A stretch of 57,705 nt of DNA, counting the filler, from Sphacelaria rigidula (taxonomy: Eukaryota): NCBI GenBank assembly GCA_964200075.2. It is 6 parts of 6 records of this genome, joined end to end, with 100 filler letters (N's around TTAATTAATTAA, not from the genome) between each part and the next. Parts side by side here need not be neighbours in the genome. Positions count along the whole stretch, not along the records: positions 1 to 9,535 come from CAXNAA020008273.1; positions 9,636 to 19,170 come from CAXNAA020008274.1; 4 more parts are not named here. One strand, given 5' to 3'. Positions 1 to 13,200 of the stretch are shown in pieces (the first letter of the stretch is position 1; the number at the start of each line of letters is the position of its first letter). Made by a program: the position numbers and the translations under genes. The notes under the pieces were generated by a model. That model saw only the letters and a program-made list of their open reading frames with translations, was not told the origin of the DNA and searched no databases.

Positions 1-379
1 TTGAACCTCATTTTTTTTTCAACCCCATTTTCGAAAATCGGCTGTTTAATGTAGTTCGGCGCTTCTGGCCTAAAATATCATACAGCCTCTTTTGCAAGAG
101 AGAGCAGTGGAAGCAATACTGGGTTGCTGGGGAGAGTGAGAAGGGATGAGCGAGCGAGAGCGAGCCTCAATACTTTCCACTCTCTGGACAAAAACAAATG
201 CTGTACGTAAACCAAAAGATCTCAAAAACGTACCCTATATTACCATGAAAAAGGTACAGTAAAACGACACATACGTGGTTTACAGTTTCACCTGAACCGT
301 AACAAGTAACATTAAGTCGTGCTGCTTATGCATTACAGTAACTTGCAGCGGCGATTTCTATCACACACCAAGAACTTAG

Positions 380-781
380 ACTGTCCCGTCTAAATTTGCA
401 ACAGTTGGTGCTCATCACCCGCATGTGTTTGAGATCCAAAACATTGTTTTGGGTCGTGTTCAGACCGCCCATGCAGCTCGTCTGCGTTTTTTTGCAGACT
501 CATAGCTTAGTGTAACGGCAGACGTGGAGGATGCGTTTCAGCACGCTTTCAACCAGGGGCAATTTCAGATGGCTGGGATTGTTCGCGTGACAGAGGCAGA
601 GTATTGTTCGTTGATCCTATTGGTCGACTGGATTCGTTTTGAAGTCAAGGAGCGTACGTGGGAGCCTTTGAAAAACATTTTCGAGGCCGCTCCGGAATTT
701 CTCATAAAGGAGTTGCGTAAGGTGCAAGTGACTGGTTTCATTACTGCTCGCATTACGCGTGAGTTTGGTATTCAGTTGTGA
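380..781 (+). pseudogene. C-terminal part of Ty3/Gypsy integrase with chromodomain (degenerate)
   Basis: Frame reads HPHVFEIQNIVLGRVQTAHAARLRFFADS*LSVTADVEDAF...ILLVDWIRFEVKERTWEPLKNIFEAAPEFL. The HAARLRFF block resembles the post-GPY/F integrase region and LVxW...TWEPxxN is a chromodomain signature. One in-frame stop. Followed by a purine tract and an LTR. Confidence 0.8.
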
Positions 782-860
782 CTCGCTCAATCGTTTTGGC
801 GTAATTTTTCTGAGTGTCAAGCTTGTTGCTCGATTCTCGTCCAACGCGCTTTGGGGATGC

Positions 861-1114
861 TGTGACGAAATCATGCCGTCACGTTGAGTATGTAGTGATA
901 TTATCGATGATGACTTGGGATCTGTCGTGATGATATGGATGATGACATGGACACAGGGGTGATACCCTGATGTGGTTTATGGAGCCGCCTGGGTGGCACT
1001 CCACGATAATATAAGGTGTTGTGAAGGCTAACAACTGAAACCTGAGGTCAGTGGAACTGGGGAGTCCCTAAACAGCATTAGACGCTGCAGTACTAGCAAC
1101 CTGCTAGCGTCACA
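861..1114 (+). mobile_element. 3' LTR of Ty3/Gypsy (chromovirus-like) retrotransposon
   Basis: Begins TGTGACG and ends CGTCACA (perfect 7-bp inverted termini, TG...CA). Preceded by PPT-like TTGGGGATGC (851-860). Clearly homologous to 17887-18135. Confidence 0.85.
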
Positions 1115-2149
1115 AACCTCTATATCAATTTCAAAACTGTCATCCGGCAGTGCGGGGAAGCTTTTCAGGGCGTGTCTCGGCAAAAACAAAATATCGCGAT
1201 GGAATTGATTTTAGCGCAACTTGCACATTTCTGCCGAGTTGAATCCGATCGAATTTTCAAACTTTCGATCGAAAAAAGACGGTGAAATTTGTGCAACGGT
1301 ACATGGTCTCTCGTGTACGGTACAGACAGTCTGTACCATCTGCCCTACTTGCAAGCAGTGTGTCTCGAGTGCGTGTGTGCGTGTTTCGTTCAGAAGATTT
1401 TGAAGAGAAGAGGGTAACGTGCAGTGCAGACAGCCCAGGACTATCAGTTAACTGTGCCTACAATGCGACGTGAAAAGGATTTCAAGAATGTGCACCTGTG
1501 TACTGCCTGCACTGTCCATGAGCGTGTACGCAGCTCGGTTGCCCACCGTACCACGCAGTTCCGTCGCTGATCTTACCATGGAAGAAAATGCGTAAGTTTT
1601 CGCCAACAAAAACAAAAACAAAGCATACCCAACTACTGCGGCGTATCTATCCCTGTGCTCAACTCGTACTCGATGCTGCAGGGTTGGAATGGTAGCTGAG
1701 AATGCGTTGGATGGAGTTAGCATGGTTCTGTGAACGGGTGTTATCTGGCGTGGTGGTCTGTAAGATAGGAGTCAAGTGCCGCTTTGTGCCTTTCGACCGC
1801 ATGTTTTCGAGCGAAAAAACTAGCTTATTTGTTTTTGAGTTCTTCTCCGCGCGCCACTAATTATATATTGGACTTGAAGTCTTCTAGTTCTATGAGCAGA
1901 AAGGCGGTGGGCCTATCAGATCAAGAAAACAAAACGCCCGCACTTCAGACTACATAATAGTGAGTCCGTCCAAAATTGATCCAAACACGCAAATCAGGGG
2001 GAATCTGGGTATTTATTACTTGCGAAGGCAAGTCGTACCTGGCCCGACAAGCTCTGGCTTTTGCATAGTAAGGTGGGACCAGCTGCTGCACCGTGGGGAG
2101 TGTATCGCGTCCGTTATTACCGGGCGTACCCCCCTTATTTACCAGAGTA

Positions 2150-2480
2150 TCCCATACCGTGGTATGCGTAGGTATCGTAGGCATGAGTTTTGAAAATACC
2201 CGATTGAGCGGGCACGGTAGGTATTGAAATCTCGAAATACCGTGGTATCGTAGGTATTGTAGGTGGAAGTTTTGAAAATACCCAGGTGATTGAGCGGGTA
2301 CCGTAGGTATTGAAGTCTCGAAATACGGTCGTATCGTGGGTGTCGCAGGTATGATGTTTGAAAATACCCGATCGAGGGGGTACGGTAGGTATTGAAATTT
2401 CGGAATAATACCGTGGTATCGTGGATATCGTAGGAATGACAGTTGAAAATACCCGATTGGATCGGTATCGGTAGGGTATG
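2150..2480. repeat. Diverged tandem repeat, about 85-bp unit, about 4 copies
   Basis: Recurring GAAAATACCCGAT..GAGCGGG.ACGGTAGGTATTGAAAT.TCGAAATAC.GTGGTATCGTAGG near 2192, 2274, 2360 and 2444. Confidence 0.8.
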
Positions 2481-3614
2481 AGCTGTCCCAAATACCGGTA
2501 CCGGGTACCTACCTGACCTACGGTGCCTGTGAAGAATCCGTAGATCAGGTATACCTCGGCGAAATGTGGCCTACAAAAGGTAAGCGGTTTCTGGAGGCGA
2601 AATGTCCGTTTTGCATGGCCATATCTCTCGAGTAAAATGGTGTTTCCCGTTATTTTTTTCTAGTTCCGAGTGCCAATGCCCCCCCGTAATTATGTGCTTG
2701 GAAATCCGGAGCGAAAATGGTCAAAATAGGGCGTTTGGCTGCTTTCGCGTGTCTGGCCATTTTTCGTACCTGTCTTGGGCGAAAAACGAGGATGTATTTC
2801 TGTCCTAGGCAATTGCCCTGAAAAAATGACGCGCGCACCCAGAGAGTTTCTTCTGCACCAGGGTTTTAAAAAGTCCCTACGGAGGCACGGCAGCGCAGAT
2901 ATTTCTCTTAAATTTCGTGAAGCGCAGGTGCTGGGAGTTACAATCTGCGGCTTGCCGCGGGAAAAAAATGGGGGCGCACTTTTTTCGCTCCAGGTGAAAA
3001 ATCTTTCTGCGGCCCCTTTTTTTCGCCGGAGGCGATTCTTTTGAGGAAGGGGTCTTTTTTGTTTCGCCGGAGGCAAAATGTTATTTTCAACAGCTGTTAT
3101 CTGCTTTCATATTCATCCTTCTTGCGTTCAAAGGGAAGAGAACTACAAAACTCCCCTTTTTTTAATCGGAAATCCTAAATGTTGCCCTAAGTTGAGTTTT
3201 TGAGGCAAAAATCGATTTTCAGTCAGGTATAAGTAAAATGCCCTTGACTCATGAAAAAAACTTTGGGTCCTCGCCACTTTTATTTTTTCGCCCTATTCAT
3301 TGTTCATACCGAATTTCAGTGTTCAACTCTAGATATTGGCCGACGAATGGGCCTGCAAACTAATAATCCGCCTCTAGGCTGGCCCAGCTCGTATGAACTC
3401 GGTGCCTTTTGTCCAGGGTGCGCATTTATTTCTTCCACGATATTTTAACTTCAAATCGCCGTCGAAAGCAACAATAACCTGCTGTTCGAACGCGCTTGTT
3501 ACCGGTAAATACTACTCACTCATTCCGCTTTACACCGGTTTCCTCAAATGCAAGCGTATCGCGACTGTGTTAGATCATCGCACACAACTATGAGTCCATT
3601 TTTTCGTCGCCCCT

Positions 3615-3851
3615 CTATCGTAGGATCACTCTCCTGTGTCGCACTGCCCCCAGTACTACCTCCAGACACCACACTGGGAAGACGAGGTTGTGAAGGCACT
3701 TCAGTGTGGCGAAGTCCTCGGTGAGGCCGAGCTTCAAAGGTTTGCCACACAGGTTGTCAGTCCCAACAGCCTTGCCGTTAAGCAACTTGCCCGATGCTTC
3801 CTTGACTTTTTCCATTGAGGGCTCGGCCGCGAGAGCTGCGTTCCCCGACAT
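3615..3851 (-). mobile_element. Degenerate non-LTR retrotransposon (RTE-like LINE) fragment, N-terminal RT region
   Basis: LAAEPSMEKVKEASGKLLNGKAVGTDNLCGKPLKLGL...LHNLVFPVW matches the LINE motif PTxEEVxxAxxxLxNGKAxGxDxLxxELLK...LHxIxxxVW. The frame is lost downstream. Confidence 0.7.
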
Positions 3852-4804
3852 CTGTTCGATGGCTTTGATTTATGTAATTTAATTCAATGCGTTATCCTTA
3901 ATCTACGCAGAGGATACCCTATGGGCGTCAAGGCGTACCCAAAAACAACCAAACCGAGATCGAGATCGCGCTGCATAGTAGTTGCAAGCTCAGGCACGGC
4001 TTCGGGGACCAGCGCTTGGTGAAGCTACTACTATACATATCAGGTGAGAGCACATCACACGTGCTTTGCAAAATCGACAGAGTTGTGCTGTGCTCTACAA
4101 TCTTATGTAGCCTGCTCCGCTGTTGGCTGTGTTTGAATGCTGTTCTCAACGCCTGTGCAAGCGCCGCATGGAGGCAGTACAATATCAAACTACCTCACCG
4201 AGCTCGAGCACCATAAAATAAGGATGGTAGTCAGAGGACCCGTACGATGGGCCAGCACCAGCACCCACTTATCCGGCCATTCGCAGGAACTACTGCACAG
4301 CACAGACGTCACATTACAGTACAATCTACTTCACTGGAGATGACCTCCAGTGCTCAGAACCCCGTACATGTAGCCTCAGCAGGGCCGTACATGGTGCACG
4401 CTGTCGCTTTAGATCAAGTCTCCCTACCAATATAATCTCCGGAGTATGCTGTGGATACCGTTCCTGCGCTAATATTGAGTTGGGCTTGAAGCTATTCGTC
4501 TAGTGTCACGCAAAGAGCATGGACAATATTGCATCAAAATATTGTTCTGAAAATATCATGACGACCAGCAGCACCCAGTATTTCGCGTCGTTTAGTGTCA
4601 CGTTGTTCATCAACCCCTTTAGAAAACCATATACGGTGCGGTCAGCGGACTCGATAAAGCATTGAATCACTTTATATTTGCCACCCTAGAATGGGAAATG
4701 TCGATTGCTCCCTCGTCCGAGAACTCCAGCTCAATTACACTTTGGAGCACACAAAATGACGATCAGTATTTCTCAACCGCGGGCAGAACAGCTACTGATG
4801 AGAA

Positions 4805-5212
4805 GGTTGAAAACTGCCTTTTTGGCCCTTTTACGTCGTTTTACGCCCGGAAGAGGACAATGTGCATTTTGACACCTTGGAATGACTTGCTCTAGTCGGT
4901 GAGACCGTTCCAAGGTACGTTTGTCTTGTCCGGTGGACACAGTTTTTGCTTTGGCCAAACTTGGATTTCCAACAACAAAAGGTGACGTCATGAAAAACAA
5001 GGAACACGTTCTGCCAGTTTTCAAATAACTTGGCCGTTTGTTACTCACTTAGAATGCAAATTTGGCAAAAAAGAAACAGTAGCCACCGGAAAACATGAAG
5101 GTGCCCTGGAACAGTCTCACCGACTAGAGGACGTCATTTCAAGTTGTCACCATCCGCCTAGCCCTCTTTCGGGCGAAAAACAGCGGAAAAGCGCCAAAAA
5201 GGCCGTTTCAAC
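4805..5212. mobile_element. Long imperfect inverted repeat (foldback/MITE-like element)
   Basis: 4876-4918 CTTGGAATGACTTGCTCTAGTCGGTGAGACCGTTCCAAGGTAC pairs with the reverse complement of 5101-5143. Pairing extends outward (TTGAAAACTGCCTTTTTGG vs CCAAAAAGGCCGTTTCAA). Confidence 0.7.
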
Positions 5213-6439
5213 AGATTTTTTGTTGAACCATGCAGAGCGTACTTGGACCATTTTTGGGGGCACAAATTTGTACATGTTCGAATATGAGGATTTCGGGCCG
5301 TCTGTGGGCGATTTTCTCCCGGGGATTGAGTTTTCGGCCCCAGTCCGTTGGGCAACGTTTCTCCACCAGCTGTGAGAAAACAAGATGGATTCTCCGATTC
5401 TCTGCGCAATGACTTTCGGTATGGCACCTTTTCAACTCGAGAGAGACACTCACCAGTGTGTGTGCGAGAGGGACAAATTTGCGCAGATCTATATTTCGTA
5501 CACGCATATTCGAGAGTCTCGATCTGAGCAGCAAGGTGACGCACTAAACGCCAATGTCAGAGAGAGCCGGAATAATAACCTGGTTTTTCACAGCTAGCCG
5601 AGAAGCATTGCCCAACAGACTGGGGTCAGCAAAATCAATCGACGGGAGAATGGGTACAAATCCCAAATCTGCAGAGACCCCAATCTGTGCAAAATCAGGG
5701 TGATTCATTTTCGAAAGTTGGGTTTGCATGAGGCCGAATATATGGTTTTACGCATTGGTTGAAAATGGTTCTGTACACGGAGGAACGTTCTCTGCAGGGG
5801 CATGGTATCGCTTTCTAGTGAAGCCTGAGAACAGGCAAGCGGTGTTTCACCTTTCAAGTACAGTATCGCACCGTGCTACGCCACGGTATATTACAGGGCA
5901 CGACACTCCATCATCACAGTACACGACAATGATGTGCTGTAATACATGATGGTACAGTGAGTACTGTAGGACAGTGTGCGAGAAGAGTGCAGTACGAGTG
6001 CAGATCCGTACATCGCCCAGCAAGTTCGTCGGCAACAAACAGTGGGATAATACAGCAGCGTTCGCTCTGGTGATGGGCACGCCGTGCAGTGCGGTATAGT
6101 ATTATCGCCGCAGGGCACGGCACAACACTTCTCATCCGCTTATCGAACCCCGTGTGCACCACCGTTGCTGCGACGCGGCCCCAGCAGCTGGCGCAGGTAG
6201 GGACGGTCTGTGCTGTCACGAGACTGTCTGTTGCTGCGCTTCCAATACGATTGAACGCCTCTTGTCCTACTATCGTGCGTCACTGTACGTGCGTCACCTT
6301 CCTGCAGCTTTGGAGAACCTCAAGTTTCTCCCGATCTGTTAGCTCCCCCTATCTTCGGACAGATCGAAATTTTTGTCGCCATCAAAGCTAGACTTATCCC
6401 CGCCCGGGTCAACCCAGTTTCCCTCCAGCCGGGGATCAA

Positions 6440-7245
6440 ATCACTCTATCCCTTCTGTAGACACGATGGGGGTTGTGATCTACTGTATTTGCCAGTTACA
6501 CAGGCATGTAGACACGAATGGCGATGCCCCCGAACACGCAGGGGGCATCTTGAGGACTTGTCTAGCACATACTCTCCCCATGTCACCCCATCCTCCTCCC
6601 ACCTCCTTCCCCGGAGATGGACTCAACACATCCCCTCCCAGAACAATCTCAGCGGTAAGGGGGGTGTTATGAGACGTTGAGTCATTTGCGGTCGGAAAAC
6701 GACGAATCTGAACACATGAGCGTTACCAATAGGAAGCGAGCAATTCGCCCCATCAAGTTATAAATGTCGTTTTTCGTCACGGGGTTACGGACACCACGGG
6801 GTAGATATTGTTCCATTCCCTCGCTGAACATGCGCAGGGGTCATCATGCACCGTCTAGGGCACATTGCGTACAAATGGTGATGCCGCTGAACACCCAGCA
6901 GGCCTAGTCAGACCGTATCCACCCCACTTTACCACTTTACAACCCCTGCCCCTCCTCGCCGGGGATAAAATCAACTTATCCCCCCTACCCGCACGATCTC
7001 AGCGGGGAAGGGGATGTTTTCCGACGTGTGAGCTATTTGCGGCCAGACAATGATGAGTCTGAACACGTGACCGGTACCAATAGAAAGCCCACAACCTACC
7101 GTAACTCATTATTGTTCTCGTTTTAGCTAACGGGGTTATATACATCACGGCGGAGATGGTGTCCCACCCCCTCCCTACTTACGTACTGGGATCATGACCT
7201 ACCTTAGAGACCCGTTGAGTGGCGATGCCCCTGAACACGTGAGTG
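6440..7245. repeat. Diverged tandem repeat, about 350-bp unit, just over 2 copies
   Basis: TGGCGATGCCCC.GAACAC near 6519, 6877 and 7220; TCTGAACAC.TGA...TACCAATAG.AAGC near 6707 and 7058; ACGGGGTTA near 6779 and 7130. Confidence 0.7.
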
Positions 7246-9535
7246 GTCACTCAAATGTATGCATCTCATTCGCTGATCCGGGACAACCCTTCTTCCTTTC
7301 ACCGACGATGAGATGAGCATACAAGCTGGCCAATGGTCATCACCCAATATTGTGTCATCTGCAAAAACGCAAGGTTTTACAAATTGAGCATGTGTTTTTT
7401 TTCTCTTGAGGATGAACCTTGGCAAACTTCATAAGCATCAAACTACTTTCTCAGTACAGATGCGAATGCACTCTCCGGCCGTGATTCATGACCTAGCTTA
7501 TCTTCGAAAGAATTCATCCGCAATTAGTGACACCTCGCGTTGACACTAAACAATCTCGATTTTGGTTTATTCCCCTTCAAACGTGTTTTGTTCTTTGTAA
7601 GTACACCCTGTTGTCACGGAATTTTACACCGAAGAAATGATATTGTTTTCCGAGATGAGGAAGGCTGAACATCACCGTGGGATAGTAGTGTATTTGCATT
7701 TTGTTCCGAGGATATTTAAGTGCTTGCTAAGGTTCCCAAGTTTCCTCCTCAATGAAGAATCCATCCTCGCTTGGTAACATTCAGAATCAAATGCCTTCCG
7801 CATCACCTACGCAATAGTCGCATACATGGTATCATATCGGCCGTAATGAACAAACGGAGAGGTTGATAGCCGGAGTTGTGTTCAAGGCCATAGCAGTGGC
7901 GCTAAGGCCGAAAAGGTACCTCGACTAATCAGCGCTCCTTAAATTGTTCTGAAATCGAAAATATGACTTCTTAGCCCAATTTGTACCCGATCTCCACCCG
8001 CTTTAGATCGTAGTAACGGCCATCGACTTGGAAATCTAACAGAGAGAACAGATTTGAAGACTGTTTCTGTTACGATGGGATCAAACTAAACCCCGACTCA
8101 TCGTATTTCGGGCATACGGGGTTTCAGCGTTGTCGGATTTCAACTGATAGTACGCACGAGGAACCCAGGAAGCCTCTCGACGTGTTCCCTTATATATTTT
8201 GTGGAAAAGCTCAGGTCGCCCTCAAACGTGGCAGTTCTGCAAGTATTGGTGCTTCAAGTATAGGAAGAAAAAGGATGGTGATGAAAATAGTTCAAAGATC
8301 ATCTGCTCTTCACGGGCTGCCGGGGGTCACAGGTTGAAGATCCCCTGAAGGCGATACAAAACGCCTCAAAACAACATAACTGTGTTGCGCCCCGCGTTTG
8401 GTCACAAAACTCGAAAACCTCATACTGGTTTCGTCGCATGAAGTTGAACATTCGCGGAAAAGACTCTCATATTTAGAAAAAACACTTGACAGTTTGCACG
8501 TTTGAAGCTCACTTGATCACACAAAAGTGCAAAACTTTATGCCGCTTTTGATTCGGATATTTGCACACACGTAATATGGTTCATTTAAAAATTCGATGGA
8601 CGACGGGTTTTAATTTTGAATGTTCACTGTTTTTCCGGGCTCTATGGTACCCTTCCTTGGACCCCCGGAAAGCCGGGGGATTTAGTCGGAACGTGAAAAG
8701 GATCTCCGCCATCGAAAGATTTGTAGCGACCAATATAGTGTAGCACGTTCGTAGAACATTTCAGGGCCTAACTCCTAGAAATGGCGTGAAGCTTTGCAGA
8801 TGAAATGTCTGTAAAGTGATGACCGTGAACCATGCTGTGATATCTCCTGAAACACTCTCACCCGGGGGGTGTTACTTGAACGTGTGGGCTGTTTGTGGGC
8901 GGATTGCAACATGCTTTTAAACGCATGACATGTATCGTCAAAAGATCGACACCCTCACTGCGTACTCCTCGGATAGGCAGGAGCACCACCCTTCGTTTGA
9001 GACAAGACAAAACGTGGACGGCTACTTGCCTATCCCTTGTGAATTTGTGGGCCTAACCTCCACATGAGACACCATCAGTGCATCGGAGATGTTTTATATA
9101 TAGCCGGACATGAAATGTAGTAGGTTTTCGACGCTTGATAGGGTCTAGACTGTACTGAATTCGCCGAAAACAGAGCGGGGCAACGCCGGCCTGCAATCTG
9201 GTACAAGTGCAAATTAATTGGCCAGGACCGGTCGGTCCAAGTTCTGCCACTTGGTGTTTGCCAAGCCTGACGTGCCCCAACTTTGACAAACAATACATCT
9301 ATCCCCACTAATTACATAGTGTAGTTTCGGTATCCACGTTACCTTTCTTGATCCTTCTCCTTAACCCTTTTGGGACTGGGACTCCAAAACGACCAACGAG
9401 GCTGGTTAGGGATGACGTGTCCTGCATATGCATGAAACAGTGGCTTTATGTTGCTAAAAATCAACAAATGTATGTAACGGCAGGGTTAGATGAAGACCGA
9501 AATTTTCATTCAATCTATTTTCAGGTACAAACTGT

Positions 9536-9635
9536 NNNNNNNNNNNNNNNNNNNNNNNNNNNNNNNNNNNNNNNNNNNNTTAATTAATTAANNNNNNNNN
9601 NNNNNNNNNNNNNNNNNNNNNNNNNNNNNNNNNNN
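9536..9635. other. Artificial contig linker N44-TTAATTAATTAA-N44
   Basis: Identical 100-bp spacer with stops in all six frames. Also at 19171-19270, 28805-28904, 38439-38538 and 48073-48172. Confidence 0.97.
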
Positions 9636-10242
9636 GGAGGGGGGGGGGGGGGGGGGGGGGGGGGGATAACAACGGAGTAATTTGAGCAAAAGCGAGAGGC
9701 ATACAAAACAGAAGAACACAAGACAACGAAAACGAGAGGGAAAACAAGTAAAAGGAGAATGAAAGGAGGGTGAAAGGAGAATGAAAACCCGAGAAGAAAA
9801 CAAAACAAAACTGCTTCGATAAAAGTAATAATAAATGATGACAACAACAAGATCAACGCTGAGAAAGAGAAAAGTTGGAACAGCAAGACCTCTCGGAGCA
9901 TGTGTACGAATACGGCTAGGAACATCGCTGAGGCTGAAAGCCAAGAAAAGTCTTCAATAGCCGGTAAGATAAAATGGGGGCACATCAATTTCTTGCTACA
10001 CCCGCTACCCCCACTCACTCGCAGTCGGGTATAAATTGACTCACTCTCTCAGCCATTTCTTCCCAGCAAGAGAATTAAATATTCCACCGCGACAGAGTCA
10101 TGTTCACGTGGTGGAAGACACGAATCACAAGAAACCTGAATACGAAACTGAAAGTCGAACAAAAATGGCATCATAAGTTGCTTGCCCGTGCAATATAGAT
10201 ACCAACCACGGCCGAACTACCGCGAGCCGGGAAATGCCGGAC

Positions 10243-13200
10243 CTGCTTTGTGGCACGGCGTACGGCACCCATTTCTTCCCACTTGGCCTCTGCCTTGGCT
10301 TCTCTCTCCATAGCACTCGATTCCGCTTCACGCACGCGGCGCGCCTCATCTGCAACTCGTCGACTCTCTTCGCGAGCTGCGCACAGAAGGAGCACGCAGC
10401 ACGATGCACCCAATGTATGGAAAGAGTGCTTGCAGAGAAGTGTATTTGAGATCGGCGAATCCAACTTGCCAGGTTTCCTTGCTTATGTTTTCTTCTCTTT
10501 TTTCAGTTCTGTCTTCATGTCTGATTGAGCTTCCTCAAGCGAATGTTTTCGTCAAATTACCTCAAGTATTATTTTTCATTGTGAGATCATGGCTGGGCTA
10601 CATTTGTCGCGGGTCAATCAATTTGAGACGATTAAGCCAAGGAACCACTCGGCCAATGTATCAGGTTCGCTGGACTGCCGAACAAATAATATCTTAACAA
10701 TGTAAAGCAGCCCGGACATGTGAAGTACAGCTATCTGAAACATGACAATTTACACGCGTACTCAAGTTGCGACAACGAGAAAATGAGGACACAGCGGGGC
10801 GATCGCGGGCGATTCCGACACCTAGGTATCTGGAATCACTCATTGCGTACCCCCTCACGAGACTTTCCCTACCCAGCTTCACGTTTTCACTCATTTTTCT
10901 AGGAAGCAAGTTCACGGGTAATGGGGGCTCCGGGTGTGGGGCCCTGTTGATCTGCGACAAAATATTCCGCGCGTCACACAGATAAATGGGCTTTTAGAGT
11001 CGACCTCGAAGGCGCCAGCAATCGTCGTCGATGTTATTCCGGATCCCCTGCCTCCTGCCTTTTCTACTGTTCTACTCCAGTAGATGGTTTGAATGGCGGT
11101 CTCAGATGGCAGTATTTCAGATTAGCCGCACACGCCACGGATGTTCGTAGTCTACAAAATCAACATCTCCAAAGCAAACGTCGCCCAGGAACAGATTCTA
11201 AGGTGAGTTGACATCATTACCACGCTGTCCTTGGCTAGCTATTTCTTTTCAGTTACTAAACTGACTAGACCTAATCGGTCGTGCCCCCCTCCCCCCCCCC
11301 TCCCGAAGGGGAAAATGCTGTTCTTAACCTTGGCGTCGAGAACTTTCCAGCAGTGACCGTCCCTCCTCCAATGCCCTAAAATGGGGTGCCAGCAGGGCGA
11401 TTCTTGTGTCTAAAGCCGCCTTTTCCGCATCCAGCTTAGAACGGTAAGCTGCCATTTCGGCCCTTGCTGACTCCGCCTGCGAAGACAATGGGGGAGCAAT
11501 CGATGCGTTTTTTTCTTGTCGTGTGCCATGTAAGTCGCTTGTGGGGATCATGGGTCTGGCTTTCGAATGTTCGAGGTGTACTGTTCGGGGATCGATCGGG
11601 AGAAGTAGCAATAACTCAAGACAGGTAACGGAGACTCAGGGGTTCCTCCTGTTTGCGTGAAAGCAATCAATCAAAATGTCAGAGTTTGTTGCTCTTACCT
11701 GTCAAGATGAATCTAATCGGCGCGACATGTTTTTCTCTATTCGAATGCACTTGAATCAGGTTCCAAAATGGATCTAATGTCATGTAAGATAGGTCGAGAG
11801 ATCAGCCAATTTATCGGAATATCACGGAAACGCATGCTTTTCTTATCAACCTAAGTTTGTCAGATCAAGTATCTCACGAATGTCCACTTCCCTTAGAACT
11901 CGCAAGATTGCCCTCAGGGTTTTGAGTTTAAGACACGTGCTGTGTGAAGAGAAAAAGCGTGCTCAAAGGTTGGCTTCATGAGGTGTACACGCCGACAGGA
12001 ACGGGGCGTTTTCGAAACCCTCTCCGATCTGGTGCCTGTATGGCATGAAAGGGACGCTATGTCCATCCACAGAGGAGGACGTTTTATACGCTTCTACCAA
12101 GGAGGTAGGTCTTCATCGCAACCCCGGTTGAGCGGGAGTTTTGGGGCGGATCGAGATCGTTGCCGATGAAGTGACAATTTTCACGCATAAATGTGGGACT
12201 ACATATCAGCAACAGTTACGCCTCTATAGCAGCGATAGTGATGGACGGGGGGTATGGTGGGTGCACCCGTGGTGTTGACCCTAAGCCGGCAGAACAAGCA
12301 ACCGTATGATGAGTGAACGTCGGGCCATGTTGTCCCCTCGACCATGGCACAAAGATTCGGCAAACCTATCAGCAGAGATTACTTTTTGGAAAAAAACCCT
12401 GGAGGCACCCAGATCCAAGTGGCGTCAATCCAGTCCTACTCTGTGGGCCACCCTCCAGTATCGATGGTTCTGCAGATCCCCCCCCCCCCCTATTCCAACC
12501 TCTGTATCTCCTGTCCCAAGTTTGGGGCTAGTCAGCAGCCAACTACCCGGAACAACGTGCGAGCTCGACGGAATAGATGACACGTCGGACAGGTCATGTA
12601 TCGTGCTGCTGCGATTGCATGCAGTGCAAGTGTCAAAAGACTCAGGCAAACCGGAAACAACAAAAAACAATTGACGACTGATTAAAATCGCCGTTCGTGC
12701 GTCTACATGCGACGGCGGCGTCAGATGTTGGTGTGTTGAATCGGGCACTCGCACTGTACACAGCAACCGACCCCCCCACTCCCCCCCCCCCTTCCCCCCT
12801 CCCTCGATATGCTTTGAGTGACGGGCATCACCCCGACGTCCCCAGGGTTCTGCAAACTTTCCCACCTAGCCAAGGTCTACCAGGAGTTTTCCTTCATCAC
12901 CACGTGCTCGCTAACTAGCTGTTCGCCTGGTGGCCAACCCATCTTGCTTACACCCACGACTTCGCACAAAGCGAAGCCCGGAATCAGCATGGGTGCAGCC
13001 AGGTTTCCGGGGACGTATAGCGCCGCTCTGCGTCATCAAGTGGATTCCGCCATATACCTGCTATCTGTCCGTGTCCACACGCACTATTTTATCTCCGCTT
13101 CCCACCCGGTCCTCGGTAAAAGTGATACTTGCTCCCAGATACTCGCGAAAAAGTGCAAATCGACCGCGAGATAATGTTTCGACGCTTCGGCGGAGCAGTT

